The notes beneath the pieces are model-generated. The model searched no databases and was not told the DNA's origin. It saw only the letters and a list, made by a program, of their open reading frames with translations. This document shows, piece by piece, positions 17,631 through 26,190 of a stretch of DNA of 64,000 nucleotides (its first letter is position 1; each line of letters opens with the position of its first letter). A program made the position numbers and the translations under genes. Location of the stretch: NCBI GenBank assembly GCA_964522405.1, contig CAZFTR010000005.1, positions 7,747 through 71,746 on the forward strand, read 5' to 3'. The DNA comes from an uncultured Gammaproteobacteria bacterium. Its GTDB lineage: Bacteria; Patescibacteriota; Patescibacteriia; Magasanikbacterales; UBA922.

Positions 17631-18542
17631 ATGTCAGAAGAAAAAAGACCACGAGCAACAATGGGTGTTTATATTTTCAATAAAAAAGGTCAGATTTTAA
17701 TGGCAAAAAGCCCAAAATGGAGTGATCAGTATGTAGTTCCGGGTGGACATGTGGATTATGGTGAAAAAGTAGAAGATGCAGCAATTCGTGAAGTAAAAGA
17801 AGAAACAGGTCTTGATGTAAAAAATCCAGAATTGATTACAGTGATAAATATGATAGAGCCGGAGGATTTTACCAAATACACTGCCCATTTTGTTGGATTG
17901 CAATACCGGGTTGAGTTGATAGATGAAAATCAAAAGCCGGAATTGGATGAGCGTGAATTAACAGAATACAAATGGATTACACCAGAAGAAATTGTAGCAG
18001 ACGAAAACGTAGAACCATTTACAAGAAAAGTAGTACAAGATTTTCTAGTAAACAAAAAATCAAAGAAATTATTTAATAAAAAATGTAAAAACTGTGAGAA
18101 AAATGAAAACCAGTCACTAGAATACAAAGCTGGTTGGCAAAGAGCGCAAGCAGATTATAAAAATTTACAAAAAGAAATAGAAGAAAAAAGAAGCGAGCTA
18201 CTAAGATGGAGTAAAGAGCAAATACTTGGGGATTTTATCCCGGTATATGATAATTTCAAAAAAGCATTTGCAAGTAGAAAAGAGACAGATGATAAAGAAA
18301 TAGAAAATTGGGCAAAAGGAATTGAATACATAATGAAGCAATTTGGAGATATTCTAAAAGCTCACAATATAGAAGAGATTGAAACAGTGGGTCAGGAATT
18401 TAATCCAGAATTTCATGAAGCGATGAGTGAAGAAAATTCAGAAGAATTTGAAGAGGGAGTAATTATAAGAGAAATAGATGCAGGATATACAATGAAAGAA
18501 AAAGTTATAAAAGTCGCAAAAGTGGTAGTTTGTAAAAAATAA
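17631..18542 (+). CDS. grpE: NUDIX hydrolase - GrpE fusion protein
   Basis: N-terminal Nudix box GGHVDYGEKVEDAAIREVKEETGL; C-terminal GrpE region GWQRAQADYKNLQKE...ILGDFIPVYDNFKKA...FNPEFHEAM. Confidence 0.7.
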   Translation: MSEEKRPRATMGVYIFNKKGQILMAKSPKWSDQYVVPGGHVDYGEKVEDAAIREVKEETGLDVKNPELITVINMIEPEDFTKYTAHFVGLQYRVELIDENQKPELDERELTEYKWITPEEIVADENVEPFTRKVVQDFLVNKKSKKLFNKKCKNCEKNENQSLEYKAGWQRAQADYKNLQKEIEEKRSELLRWSKEQILGDFIPVYDNFKKAFASRKETDDKEIENWAKGIEYIMKQFGDILKAHNIEEIETVGQEFNPEFHEAMSEENSEEFEEGVIIREIDAGYTMKEKVIKVAKVVVCKK

Positions 18543-18546
18543 TCTT

Positions 18547-18915
18547 ATGTTTGGAAGAAAAGAAAGAGTAAGAATGCCAGATAGGTTTAAAGATGAAGTC
18601 ATGACCACTGATCATGCAATTGATAAATTAGAGGAGGAAGAAGACACAGCATCGATAATAAAGTGGGCTAAGAATAATGAAATATCAAGAGATGAGATAG
18701 TTTTTTCTTTAAATTGGATATTGGGGTTTGTTTTACTTGAGGAGGAGCTTATAAGAAACGCTGAAACTAGAGTAGAAACGTCAGAAGATGTAAATGATTT
18801 TGATAGCTCAATAGAGTCTACATTTAGTGTTGAGGAGCGTAAGGAATATATAGATAATTTAGCAAAGAGAGTAAGAAAACACGCCGACTATCTAGTAGGC
18901 CTAGATGATTGGTAA
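18547..18915 (+). CDS. hypothetical acidic protein
   Basis: 122 aa ORF inside the heat-shock cluster; no motif. Confidence 0.35.
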   Translation: MFGRKERVRMPDRFKDEVMTTDHAIDKLEEEEDTASIIKWAKNNEISRDEIVFSLNWILGFVLLEEELIRNAETRVETSEDVNDFDSSIESTFSVEERKEYIDNLAKRVRKHADYLVGLDDW

Positions 18916-18972
18916 TAATTAAAAAGGGTTTATTTCTCGTCAGACGGCGACAGATAAACGGAGGATAAAAGT

Positions 18973-19422
18973 ATGTCATTAATACGTTGGTCACCAGATT
19001 GGGATCCATTTGCCCAGATGGAGCAAATGATGAAAAACTTTCCATCAATGGGTGGTGCAGGATTACAAAAAGGATTTGTGCCTGCCATGGATGTTTATGA
19101 AGAAAAAAACGCAATAGTAGTAGAGGCTCCGCTAGCAGGAGTAGATCCGGAAGATGTAGAAGTAAGTGTAGAAAAAGGAATTTTAACAGTGCAAGGACAA
19201 AGTAAAAAAGAACATGAAGTAGAAGAAAAAAATTATTACCGAAAAGAAATGAGAAGTGGTTCATTTTTTCGACAAGTAGCACTTCCAGCAGCAGTAAAAG
19301 AAGACAAAGTAACAGCAAAGTTTGAAGATGGAATTTTGAAAATCAGTTGTCCAAAAGCGACTCCGACAAAAACAAAGAAAATAAACGTCAAAATAGTGAA
19401 AAAAGCAAAAGGAAAAAAATAA
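18973..19422 (+). CDS. small heat shock protein (Hsp20/alpha-crystallin)
   Basis: Alpha-crystallin domain AMDVYEEKNAIVVEAPLAGVDPEDVEVSVEKGILTV...FEDGILKI; GGAGG RBS. Confidence 0.8.
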   Translation: MSLIRWSPDWDPFAQMEQMMKNFPSMGGAGLQKGFVPAMDVYEEKNAIVVEAPLAGVDPEDVEVSVEKGILTVQGQSKKEHEVEEKNYYRKEMRSGSFFRQVALPAAVKEDKVTAKFEDGILKISCPKATPTKTKKINVKIVKKAKGKK

Positions 19423-19438
19423 ATTATATTTTCAAGCA

Positions 19439-19468
19439 TCTTGGTCGCAAATTGCGATCAAGTTTTGA
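19439..19468 (+). terminator. intrinsic terminator after hsp20
   Basis: cttggtcgc-aaatt-gcgatcaag followed by ttttga. Confidence 0.55.
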
Positions 19469-19763
19469 GGGGATAATTAAGAAATTATTTATTTCAGAGT
19501 TATGTTTAAGTTTAATTTAATAGAAAAATTGAAAATTATTTTTCATTTTAGAAAAAAAAGCAAAACAAAAGGAGGTAACGGTGGGGATATATTTATCGCA
19601 GGTGGAGAATTGAAAGGTGGCGGAACAATAAGTGCTGATGGGAGCAGGGGTGAAGTGGGTGGTGAAGGTGGTTCTGTAACTATAATTACAGATAAAAATA
19701 ATTTTGAAGGACAAATTTCAGCTCAGGGTGGAGGAAATTTGTAAGATAATAATATATGTAATT

Positions 19764-19820
19764 AAACTGTAAAATATTCACTATTAACTAATAACTATTA
19801 TCTATTAACTATTCACTATT
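19764..19820. promoter_or_regulatory. six tandem heptamers ttcacta-ttaacta-ataacta-ttatcta-ttaacta-ttcacta (mirror-symmetric) directly upstream of dnaK
   Basis: Exact 7-bp register 19777-19818; array ends 10 nt before the dnaK ATG. Confidence 0.55.
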
Positions 19821-19828
19821 AAAAAAAT

Positions 19829-21781
19829 ATGGGAAAAATATTAGGAATCGATCTAGGAACAACAAATTCATGTATGGCAGTGACAGAAGGTGGTCAGCCA
19901 AAAGTACTTGAGAACAAAGAGGGAAACAGAACAACACCTTCAATGGTTGCAGTTTCAAAAACAGGAGAACGACTTGCGGGACAACTTGCCAAACGTCAAT
20001 CAGTTACCAATCCAGCAAATACACTATATTCGATCAAACGTTTGATCGGACGACGTTTCAATGATCCGGAAGTGCAGGAAGTACAAAAGCATGTGCCTTT
20101 TGAGATTATTCCAGATGGAGATAGATTGAAAATCAAAATGGGGGACAAGGAACATACACCGCAAGAAGTTGCAGCAATGGTTTTACAAAAACTAAAAGCA
20201 GATGCAGAAGAAAAAACCGGTGAAACTATAACAGAGGCTGTTATTACAGTTCCAGCATATTTTGATGATGCACAACGCCAAGCAACAAAAGACGCAGGAG
20301 AAATTGCAGGTCTAAAAGTTTCAAGAATTATCAATGAGCCAACAGCAGCAGCATTTGCCTATGGTTTTGATAAGAAAAATGACCAGAAGATTGCAGTGTA
20401 CGATCTTGGTGGTGGAACTTTTGATATTTCAATTCTAGAGATTTCACATGATGCAGAAGACGACAGTTCAACTGTAGAAGTAATGGCTACAAATGGTGAC
20501 ACCCATCTAGGCGGAGATGATTTTGATCAGGCAATTATCAGATGGATAATCGATGAATTTAAACGCACTGAGGGTGTAGATTTGGGTTCAGACCCATTAT
20601 CACTCCAAAGAGTAAAAGATGCGGCTGAAAAGGCCAAAATAGAGCTCTCAAGCACTCCAGAAACAGAAATCAACGAACCATTTATCACAGCAGGAGCAGA
20701 AGGACCAAAACATTTGAATTTGAAGATGTCTCGAGCAAAATTAGAAGAGCTCGTGGGAGATTTAGTAGAGAGAAGTTTAATCCCAGTAAAGAAATCACTA
20801 GATGATGCTGGAGTTGCAAAAACAGATATAAATGAAGTAATTCTAGTAGGTGGAATGACCAGAATGCCATTAGTTCAGAAAAAAGTAGAAGAATTTTTTG
20901 GTAAAAAACCAAACTCATCAGTAAACCCAGATGAGGTAGTAGCAATGGGTGCCGCAATCCAAGCAGGACAGCTCCAAGGAGATCTTGGAAAAGAAATTTT
21001 GCTTCTTGATGTAACACCACTTTCATTTGGAATAGAGACACTTGGATCAGTTAGTACAAAAGTAATTGATAGTAATACAACAATTCCAACAACAAAATCA
21101 CAAGTATTTTCAACAGCAGCAGATAATCAGCCAAGTGTAGAAATACATGTGCTTCAAGGAGAGCGTGAAATGGCAACGGATAATAAAACATTGGGGAGAT
21201 TTCATCTTGATGGAATTCCACCAGCACCGCGTGGAGTGCCACAGATCGAAGTAAAATTTGATATTGATGCAAATGGAATCCTAAGTGTTTCAGCAAAAGA
21301 TAAGGGAACAGGAAAAGAACAATCAATTCGAATTGAAGCAAGTTCAGGACTAAGTGATGAAGAAATCGAAAAAATGAAAAAAGATGCAGAAGCGCATGCA
21401 GAGGAAGATAAGAAAAAACGTGAAATGATTGATATCAAAAATACAGCAGATACAATGGTTTACACAACAGAAAAAATGATGAAAGATGTTGAAGAAAAGA
21501 AAATAGAAATCACAGAAGAAGAAAAGAAAAAAGTAGAAGATGCATTAGTAAAAGTAAAAGAACTAAAAGAGGGTGAAGATATGGAAGCTTTGAAAACTGC
21601 ATCAGATGAACTTTCAACATCAGCCCAAGCAATCGGAATGAAAATGTATGAGCAAGAACAGGCTGCGCAAAAAGCAACTGGTGGAACAGAAGGCCAAACT
21701 GCAGGAGAAGCCGGTGCAGAAACTGACGAGAAAAAAGAAGATGGGCCGATTGAGGGTGAAGTTGTTGAGGATAGTAAATAG
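19829..21781 (+). CDS. dnaK: molecular chaperone DnaK (Hsp70)
   Basis: [28 protein letters not shown] signatures; 650 aa. Confidence 0.95.
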   Translation: MGKILGIDLGTTNSCMAVTEGGQPKVLENKEGNRTTPSMVAVSKTGERLAGQLAKRQSVTNPANTLYSIKRLIGRRFNDPEVQEVQKHVPFEIIPDGDRLKIKMGDKEHTPQEVAAMVLQKLKADAEEKTGETITEAVITVPAYFDDAQRQATKDAGEIAGLKVSRIINEPTAAAFAYGFDKKNDQKIAVYDLGGGTFDISILEISHDAEDDSSTVEVMATNGDTHLGGDDFDQAIIRWIIDEFKRTEGVDLGSDPLSLQRVKDAAEKAKIELSSTPETEINEPFITAGAEGPKHLNLKMSRAKLEELVGDLVERSLIPVKKSLDDAGVAKTDINEVILVGGMTRMPLVQKKVEEFFGKKPNSSVNPDEVVAMGAAIQAGQLQGDLGKEILLLDVTPLSFGIETLGSVSTKVIDSNTTIPTTKSQVFSTAADNQPSVEIHVLQGEREMATDNKTLGRFHLDGIPPAPRGVPQIEVKFDIDANGILSVSAKDKGTGKEQSIRIEASSGLSDEEIEKMKKDAEAHAEEDKKKREMIDIKNTADTMVYTTEKMMKDVEEKKIEITEEEKKKVEDALVKVKELKEGEDMEALKTASDELSTSAQAIGMKMYEQEQAAQKATGGTEGQTAGEAGAETDEKKEDGPIEGEVVEDSK

Positions 21782-21850
21782 TTGACAGTTAACAGGTAAC
21801 AGTTCACAACTGGAAACTACAAACTGTAACCTGATAACTGTAATAAATAT
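21782..21850. promoter_or_regulatory. heptamer array gttgaca-gttaaca-ggtaaca-gttcaca / spacer / aaactgt-aacctga-taactgt
   Basis: GTTNACA x4, then the reverse-complement heptads; ends 2 nt before the 21853 ATG. Confidence 0.5.
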
Positions 21851-21852
21851 AA

Positions 21853-22500
21853 ATGCTAAACCAATACAACAATCTAGAAGCACAAGAACAGGAGTTCACT
21901 GAACTCCTTGTTCGCTTTTCAGAAGAAGATAGAGAAGAGATTAAAGGCGCGTACGAATTAGCAAAAGAAATGCATACAGGTCAGCTCAGACATGAGGGGA
22001 CAGCTTATGTAATTCATCCACTTCGAGTCGCTATGATTTTGATGAGAGATTCGGGTATTGAAGACAAAGAATTGATAATCGCAGCACTTCTTCATGACAC
22101 AGTAGAAGACACTCCAGTTACACTAGAAGATCTGAGTAAAAAATATACTCAAAGAACAGTAGGGTTGGTAGAAGATTTAACACGCCACAGACCGGAGAGT
22201 GAAACAGAGCAGCAGAAAAAGCAAGCAAAGCCGATTAAGCTAAATTGGTTTATAAAGAACGCATCCAAAGATTCAAAACTGATCAAATGCGCAGATATAC
22301 TAGATAATATGCGAACCTGGGAATTTATTCCAGAAGGGCATTGGGGAGAGAAGAAATTTTCGCGCTGGATGGACGAAGCCCAGAATTTGTATATTCCGCT
22401 TGCTGAAGTTACAGATGAGTATTTTGTTAAGGAGATTAGAGATTTGTATGAGAAGTATAAATTAAATGAAAGATTTAAGTTGTCATCCCGAGCGGAATGA
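21853..22500 (+). CDS. HD-domain protein, (p)ppGpp hydrolase-like (RelA/SpoT HD domain only)
   Basis: GQLRHEGTAYVIHPLRVAMIL...LLHDTVEDT HD signature. Confidence 0.55.
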   Translation: MLNQYNNLEAQEQEFTELLVRFSEEDREEIKGAYELAKEMHTGQLRHEGTAYVIHPLRVAMILMRDSGIEDKELIIAALLHDTVEDTPVTLEDLSKKYTQRTVGLVEDLTRHRPESETEQQKKQAKPIKLNWFIKNASKDSKLIKCADILDNMRTWEFIPEGHWGEKKFSRWMDEAQNLYIPLAEVTDEYFVKEIRDLYEKYKLNERFKLSSRAE

Positions 22501-22580
22501 GTCCGAGCGTAGCGAGAGCGAATGAAGTCGAGGGATCCCTAGATTACTTTTTTCTTTCAGAAAACTTCACTCGGGATGAC
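22482..22580. repeat. Family B MITE-like element, copy 1
   Basis: gtcatcccgagcgg ... gaagtcgagggatccct ... tttcagaaaac ... cactcgggatgac: terminal IR GTCATCCCGAG/CTCGGGATGAC plus internal AGGGATCCCT palindrome. Confidence 0.55.
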
Positions 22581-22607
22581 AGACTATTGAACTACAACCA
22601 AAAACAT

Positions 22608-23072
22608 ATGAAAAAACTTCCAATGTTCACATCCACGCTATTATTTTTGATAGTTTTTGGATTAGCATTTTGGTATTTTAATTCGCAAGAAGTAGAAGAG
22701 GTAGAAGAAGGTATCGTAGAACAAGAAGAATTGGAAAAACCAGTCTTAATTGGAGATGAAATTGGAGTATCGATTAGTTTTAAATTAGTTTCAAGAGAAA
22801 ATTTAATAGGATCATGGCAATGGACACAGGGTCCGGCATCATGGCAAAGTATAATTCTTGATCAAGATGGAAATTACTATACACATTTGCATGATCGGCC
22901 ATTTGATAGTGGTACTTGGAATTTGGAATCAGGAATACTGTCTCTGGATTCAGAAGTTGGAGAAGAAATGGATTTATCGTTTAAAGATTTGAAATTATCA
23001 AAAGAAGATAATTTGAATATGATGCGAGTGATTGATGACGCGACTGTTAGCGTTTGGGAGAGAATTAAATAA
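22608..23072 (+). CDS. hypothetical membrane-anchored protein (start moved from ORF-track 22497, whose N-terminus lies inside the repeat)
   Basis: MKKLPMFTSTLLFLIVFGLAFWYF signal anchor; in-frame ATG at 22608. Confidence 0.4.
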   Translation: MKKLPMFTSTLLFLIVFGLAFWYFNSQEVEEVEEGIVEQEELEKPVLIGDEIGVSISFKLVSRENLIGSWQWTQGPASWQSIILDQDGNYYTHLHDRPFDSGTWNLESGILSLDSEVGEEMDLSFKDLKLSKEDNLNMMRVIDDATVSVWERIK

Positions 23073-23112
23073 TTTTAACTATCAACTATAAGCTGTCAAC
23101 TATAATTAACCT
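23073..23112. promoter_or_regulatory. heptamer array ttaacta-tcaacta-taagctg-tcaacta upstream of dnaJ
   Basis: 7-bp register of (T/A)CAACTA, ending 9 nt before the dnaJ ATG. Confidence 0.45.
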
Positions 23113-24201
23113 ATGTCCAAAGACTACTACAAAACACTCGGCGTCACTAAAAATGCTTCACAAGAAGAAGTAAAAAAAGCTTTTCGTAAACTTGCCCATA
23201 AATATCATCCGGATAAAAAGGGTGGTGATGAGGCAAAGTTCAAAGAAATAAATGAAGCTTTTCAAGTTGTGGGTGATTCTACCAAGAGAAAACAATATGA
23301 TCAGTTTGGCGCAGACTTCCAGCAACAAGGCGGTTTTGGTGGTGGAATGAATTGGGAAGATTTCATGCGAGCAACTCGTGGTGGTGGAGGTGGAATGAAT
23401 TTTGGAGGGGTTGATCTTGGGGATATTTTTGGTGAGATGTTTGGTGGTGGAGGTGGTCGAGGAAGAGGTCAAACTCGTGGAAATGATGTGCAAGTAGATA
23501 TTGAATTAGATTTCAAAGACGCAGCTTTTGGAATAGAGCGTGAAATTAATTTAAAGAAAAACAATCCATGCGCAGTCTGTTCTGGAACTGGAGCTGAGCC
23601 TGGAAGTAAAATGGAAAATTGCGAAACTTGTGGAGGTCAGGGGCAGGTTCGAAGAATCCAACAAACTCTTCTTGGTGCTATGCAATCAGTAAGTACATGT
23701 CACAGTTGTCATGGACAGGGAAAATTTCCAGAAAAACAATGTAAGCATTGTGGAGGAGATGGACTTGAGAGAAGTAATTCAAATTATAAAATAAAAATTC
23801 CTGCTGGAATTGATCATGGCGGTCTTATTAAGTTATCCGGAAAAGGAGAAAGTGCAGGTGTTGGAAGTGTTCCTGGAGATCTTTATGTTCGTGTTCTTGT
23901 GAAATCACTTGAAGGATTTGAAAGAAGAGGTTTTGATGTTCATACTGAGGTTAATATCTCATACCCGCAAGCAGTTTTGGGTGATAAGATTGAAATAGAA
24001 ACTCTTGATGGAAATAAAAAATTGGTAATTCCGTCAGGTACACAGTCACATCAGGAAATCAAATTAAAAAGTTTTGGAATCACTCGATTAAATCGTGGTG
24101 GACGAGGGGATCAGTATGTAAAAGTTGTAGTAACGGTTCCGAAAAAACCGGGTAGGAAAGCGAAGAAGTTGATCGAAGAATTAGGAAATGAGCTAAAATA
24201 G
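23113..24201 (+). CDS. dnaJ: molecular chaperone DnaJ
   Basis: J domain KDYYKTLGV...HPDK; Gly-rich linker; four CxxCxGxG zinc-finger repeats. Confidence 0.9.
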   Translation: MSKDYYKTLGVTKNASQEEVKKAFRKLAHKYHPDKKGGDEAKFKEINEAFQVVGDSTKRKQYDQFGADFQQQGGFGGGMNWEDFMRATRGGGGGMNFGGVDLGDIFGEMFGGGGGRGRGQTRGNDVQVDIELDFKDAAFGIEREINLKKNNPCAVCSGTGAEPGSKMENCETCGGQGQVRRIQQTLLGAMQSVSTCHSCHGQGKFPEKQCKHCGGDGLERSNSNYKIKIPAGIDHGGLIKLSGKGESAGVGSVPGDLYVRVLVKSLEGFERRGFDVHTEVNISYPQAVLGDKIEIETLDGNKKLVIPSGTQSHQEIKLKSFGITRLNRGGRGDQYVKVVVTVPKKPGRKAKKLIEELGNELK

Positions 24202-24202
24202 T

Positions 24203-24712
24203 ATGCAAGAAGCCCCAAATCACAATGGAAAGTTTGGAATAGGAGTTTTTACAACTTTTATAAATGAAAAGGGTCAGGTTTTGCTGGGTCATAGAACTGA
24301 TCATGATTTATGGAATCAGATCGGTGGGGGAGTTCACACTGGTGAATCTCCAGAAGACGCAATGATTCGTGAAATAAAAGAAGAGATATGTGTGGATGCT
24401 AAAATTATTCGATTAGTTGGCGTTTATCCAAAACCAGAAAATAATGAATTGATTTTTTCTTTTGAATGTAAAATTACAAATGGAATTCCTTGTGAAAGCG
24501 CTGAAGTAAATAAAATTGAATGGTTTGATCCAGAAAATATTCCAAAAAATATCTCTCCAAATCAGTTTAAAAGAACTTTTGATGCTTTAGATAAAAATAA
24601 AAAATTTCATTTTTATAATATTCCGTATGCTCGGACTTTGGAGAGATGTAAAGATGGAACTCTAGAAAAATACAATGAAGAAATACTTAAAAAAATAAAA
24701 AGCCCCAAGTAA
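24203..24712 (+). CDS. NUDIX hydrolase
   Basis: Nudix box GGGVHTGESPEDAMIREIKEEICV. Confidence 0.7.
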   Translation: MQEAPNHNGKFGIGVFTTFINEKGQVLLGHRTDHDLWNQIGGGVHTGESPEDAMIREIKEEICVDAKIIRLVGVYPKPENNELIFSFECKITNGIPCESAEVNKIEWFDPENIPKNISPNQFKRTFDALDKNKKFHFYNIPYARTLERCKDGTLEKYNEEILKKIKSPK

Positions 24713-24725
24713 TCGGGGATTTTTA

Positions 24726-25055
24726 TTATGCTGGAGAAAATCCTAGGCCACTTCTGATTTTTCCAAGATTTTGCAATTTATCAGAATTTTCAGATACTTT
24801 GTGTATTATTTCAGTTTGTATTTCTCGCATATCACTAAATTCTTCCTTGAACTCAGAATATATTCTGTCAATTTTATAATCCATGGATTCCATATTGTCT
24901 TTTATTGAAACCATTTCTCCTTTTACTGAACTCATTTCATCTTTCAATGATCCAACATCGTTTTTTATAGAAACTATTTCTTGACCTTGAAAATCTACTT
25001 GTTTTCCGATTTTATCTAGTTTAGCCCCAATATCTTTTAATGTTATTTCCTCCAT
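24726..25055 (-). CDS. hypothetical coiled-coil protein
   Basis: 109 aa with repetitive heptad-like KDxxSxK segments. Confidence 0.3.
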   Translation of the reverse strand: MEEITLKDIGAKLDKIGKQVDFQGQEIVSIKNDVGSLKDEMSSVKGEMVSIKDNMESMDYKIDRIYSEFKEEFSDMREIQTEIIHKVSENSDKLQNLGKIRSGLGFSPA

Positions 25056-25181
25056 ATTGATTTTTTAATGAATAATAGTATATTCAATATTATCGCTCAA
25101 TCAAAATCACGTCAACACAAAAGATTAAATTTTTCTAAACTCATGTAGCTTGTAAAAAAACTTCTATCCACAAATAGAAGT

Positions 25182-25595
25182 TTATAATATGTTTTTCAGA
25201 TTTCTATGTAAAATGGTCGGCTTCATAGCAATTATTTCAGTCTCATAATACGGCATTTTTGGAATTGGATTTAATAAGTAAATTGGCTTATTTAGAATAT
25301 ATGCAAATCCCATTTCCAGAAAACTATTTCCCCCGATATATCCAGCAATTCCAGATTTTTCATAATTAAGAACCAGAACTTTATCACATTTTTTTATAGT
25401 ATCCCAATGTTCACGCATGGCATCTTGTTCGTATTTTTGTTTTAATTTGAGTTCTTCTGCTTGTTCATCATCTAAACCTCTAAATTCTGCAGAAAAAGTT
25501 GATGCAAATGCTTCGTGTCCATGAGATTTAAACCACTCAGCAGTTTTGATTGCTTTTTCAGCGTATTGCATGCTATGGCAAAGTGCGATTTTCAT
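25182..25595 (-). CDS. hypothetical protein, nucleoside 2-deoxyribosyltransferase-like fold (weak)
   Basis: 137 aa; Rossmann-like pattern KVLVLN...GYIGGNSFLEMGFAYILNKPIYLL. Confidence 0.3.
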   Translation of the reverse strand: MKIALCHSMQYAEKAIKTAEWFKSHGHEAFASTFSAEFRGLDDEQAEELKLKQKYEQDAMREHWDTIKKCDKVLVLNYEKSGIAGYIGGNSFLEMGFAYILNKPIYLLNPIPKMPYYETEIIAMKPTILHRNLKNIL

Positions 25596-25597
25596 AT

Positions 25598-25999
25598 TTA
25601 GACTTGATCATCCAAAACCTTATTTACTTCTGCATCTGCTTCTTTATTCAAAGCTCTTTCGACATGTGCTATCTTCACTTTTTTAAAACCTTGTATCTCG
25701 TTCCAGGCCTGTATAAATAGTTTTTGAATATTCGGATGTTTTACTTTCCAATTTCTGTTTAGCTGTTCACAAACAAGCTTGCTGTCTACCAATAGTTCAA
25801 TTTCTTCTGCTCCAAGTTCTTTGGCTTTTTTTAGCCCAGAAATTGCTGCTGAGTATTCTGCAAAATTATTTGTTTGTTCACCAAGATATTCTCCGTAGTT
25901 CGCTAGAATTTTTCCTGATTGGTCTTTTACCACAATTCCTGTTGCGGCTGGGCCTGGATTTCCGCGGGCTCCGCCGTCGGTGAAGATTGTTAGTTTCAT
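25598..25999 (-). CDS. rnhA: ribonuclease HI
   Basis: IFTDGGARGNPGPAA...NNFAEYSAAISGL...VDSKLV catalytic D/E/D pattern. Confidence 0.8.
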   Translation of the reverse strand: MKLTIFTDGGARGNPGPAATGIVVKDQSGKILANYGEYLGEQTNNFAEYSAAISGLKKAKELGAEEIELLVDSKLVCEQLNRNWKVKHPNIQKLFIQAWNEIQGFKKVKIAHVERALNKEADAEVNKVLDDQV

Positions 26000-26032
26000 A
26001 AAGTAGTGAGTATTGATTTATGAGTTTAATTT

Positions 26033-26186
26033 GTCATCCCGAGCGAAGTTTTCTGAAAGAAAAACGAAGTCGAGGGATCCCTGTCTATGTAGTATTGCGA
26101 ACGGATTAAGAGTGTTGCGCTATACTGTATAGACAGGGATCTCTCCACTACATCTCTTACTTCGTAGAGATTGCGGTCGAGATGAC
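26033..26186. repeat. Family B MITE-like element, copy 2 (longest, extra internal hairpin)
   Basis: gtcatcccgagcgaag ... gaagtcgagggatccctgtctat ... atagacagggatc ... cggtcgagatgac. Confidence 0.55.
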
Positions 26187-26190
26187 AACT

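Noticed and set aside
19502-19744. 80-aa Gly-rich ORF (GGNGGDIFIAGGELKGGGTISADG...)
   Set aside because: No RBS. Low-complexity Gly-rich sequence in an intergenic stretch between hsp20 and dnaK. It could be a real small protein but the support is insufficient.
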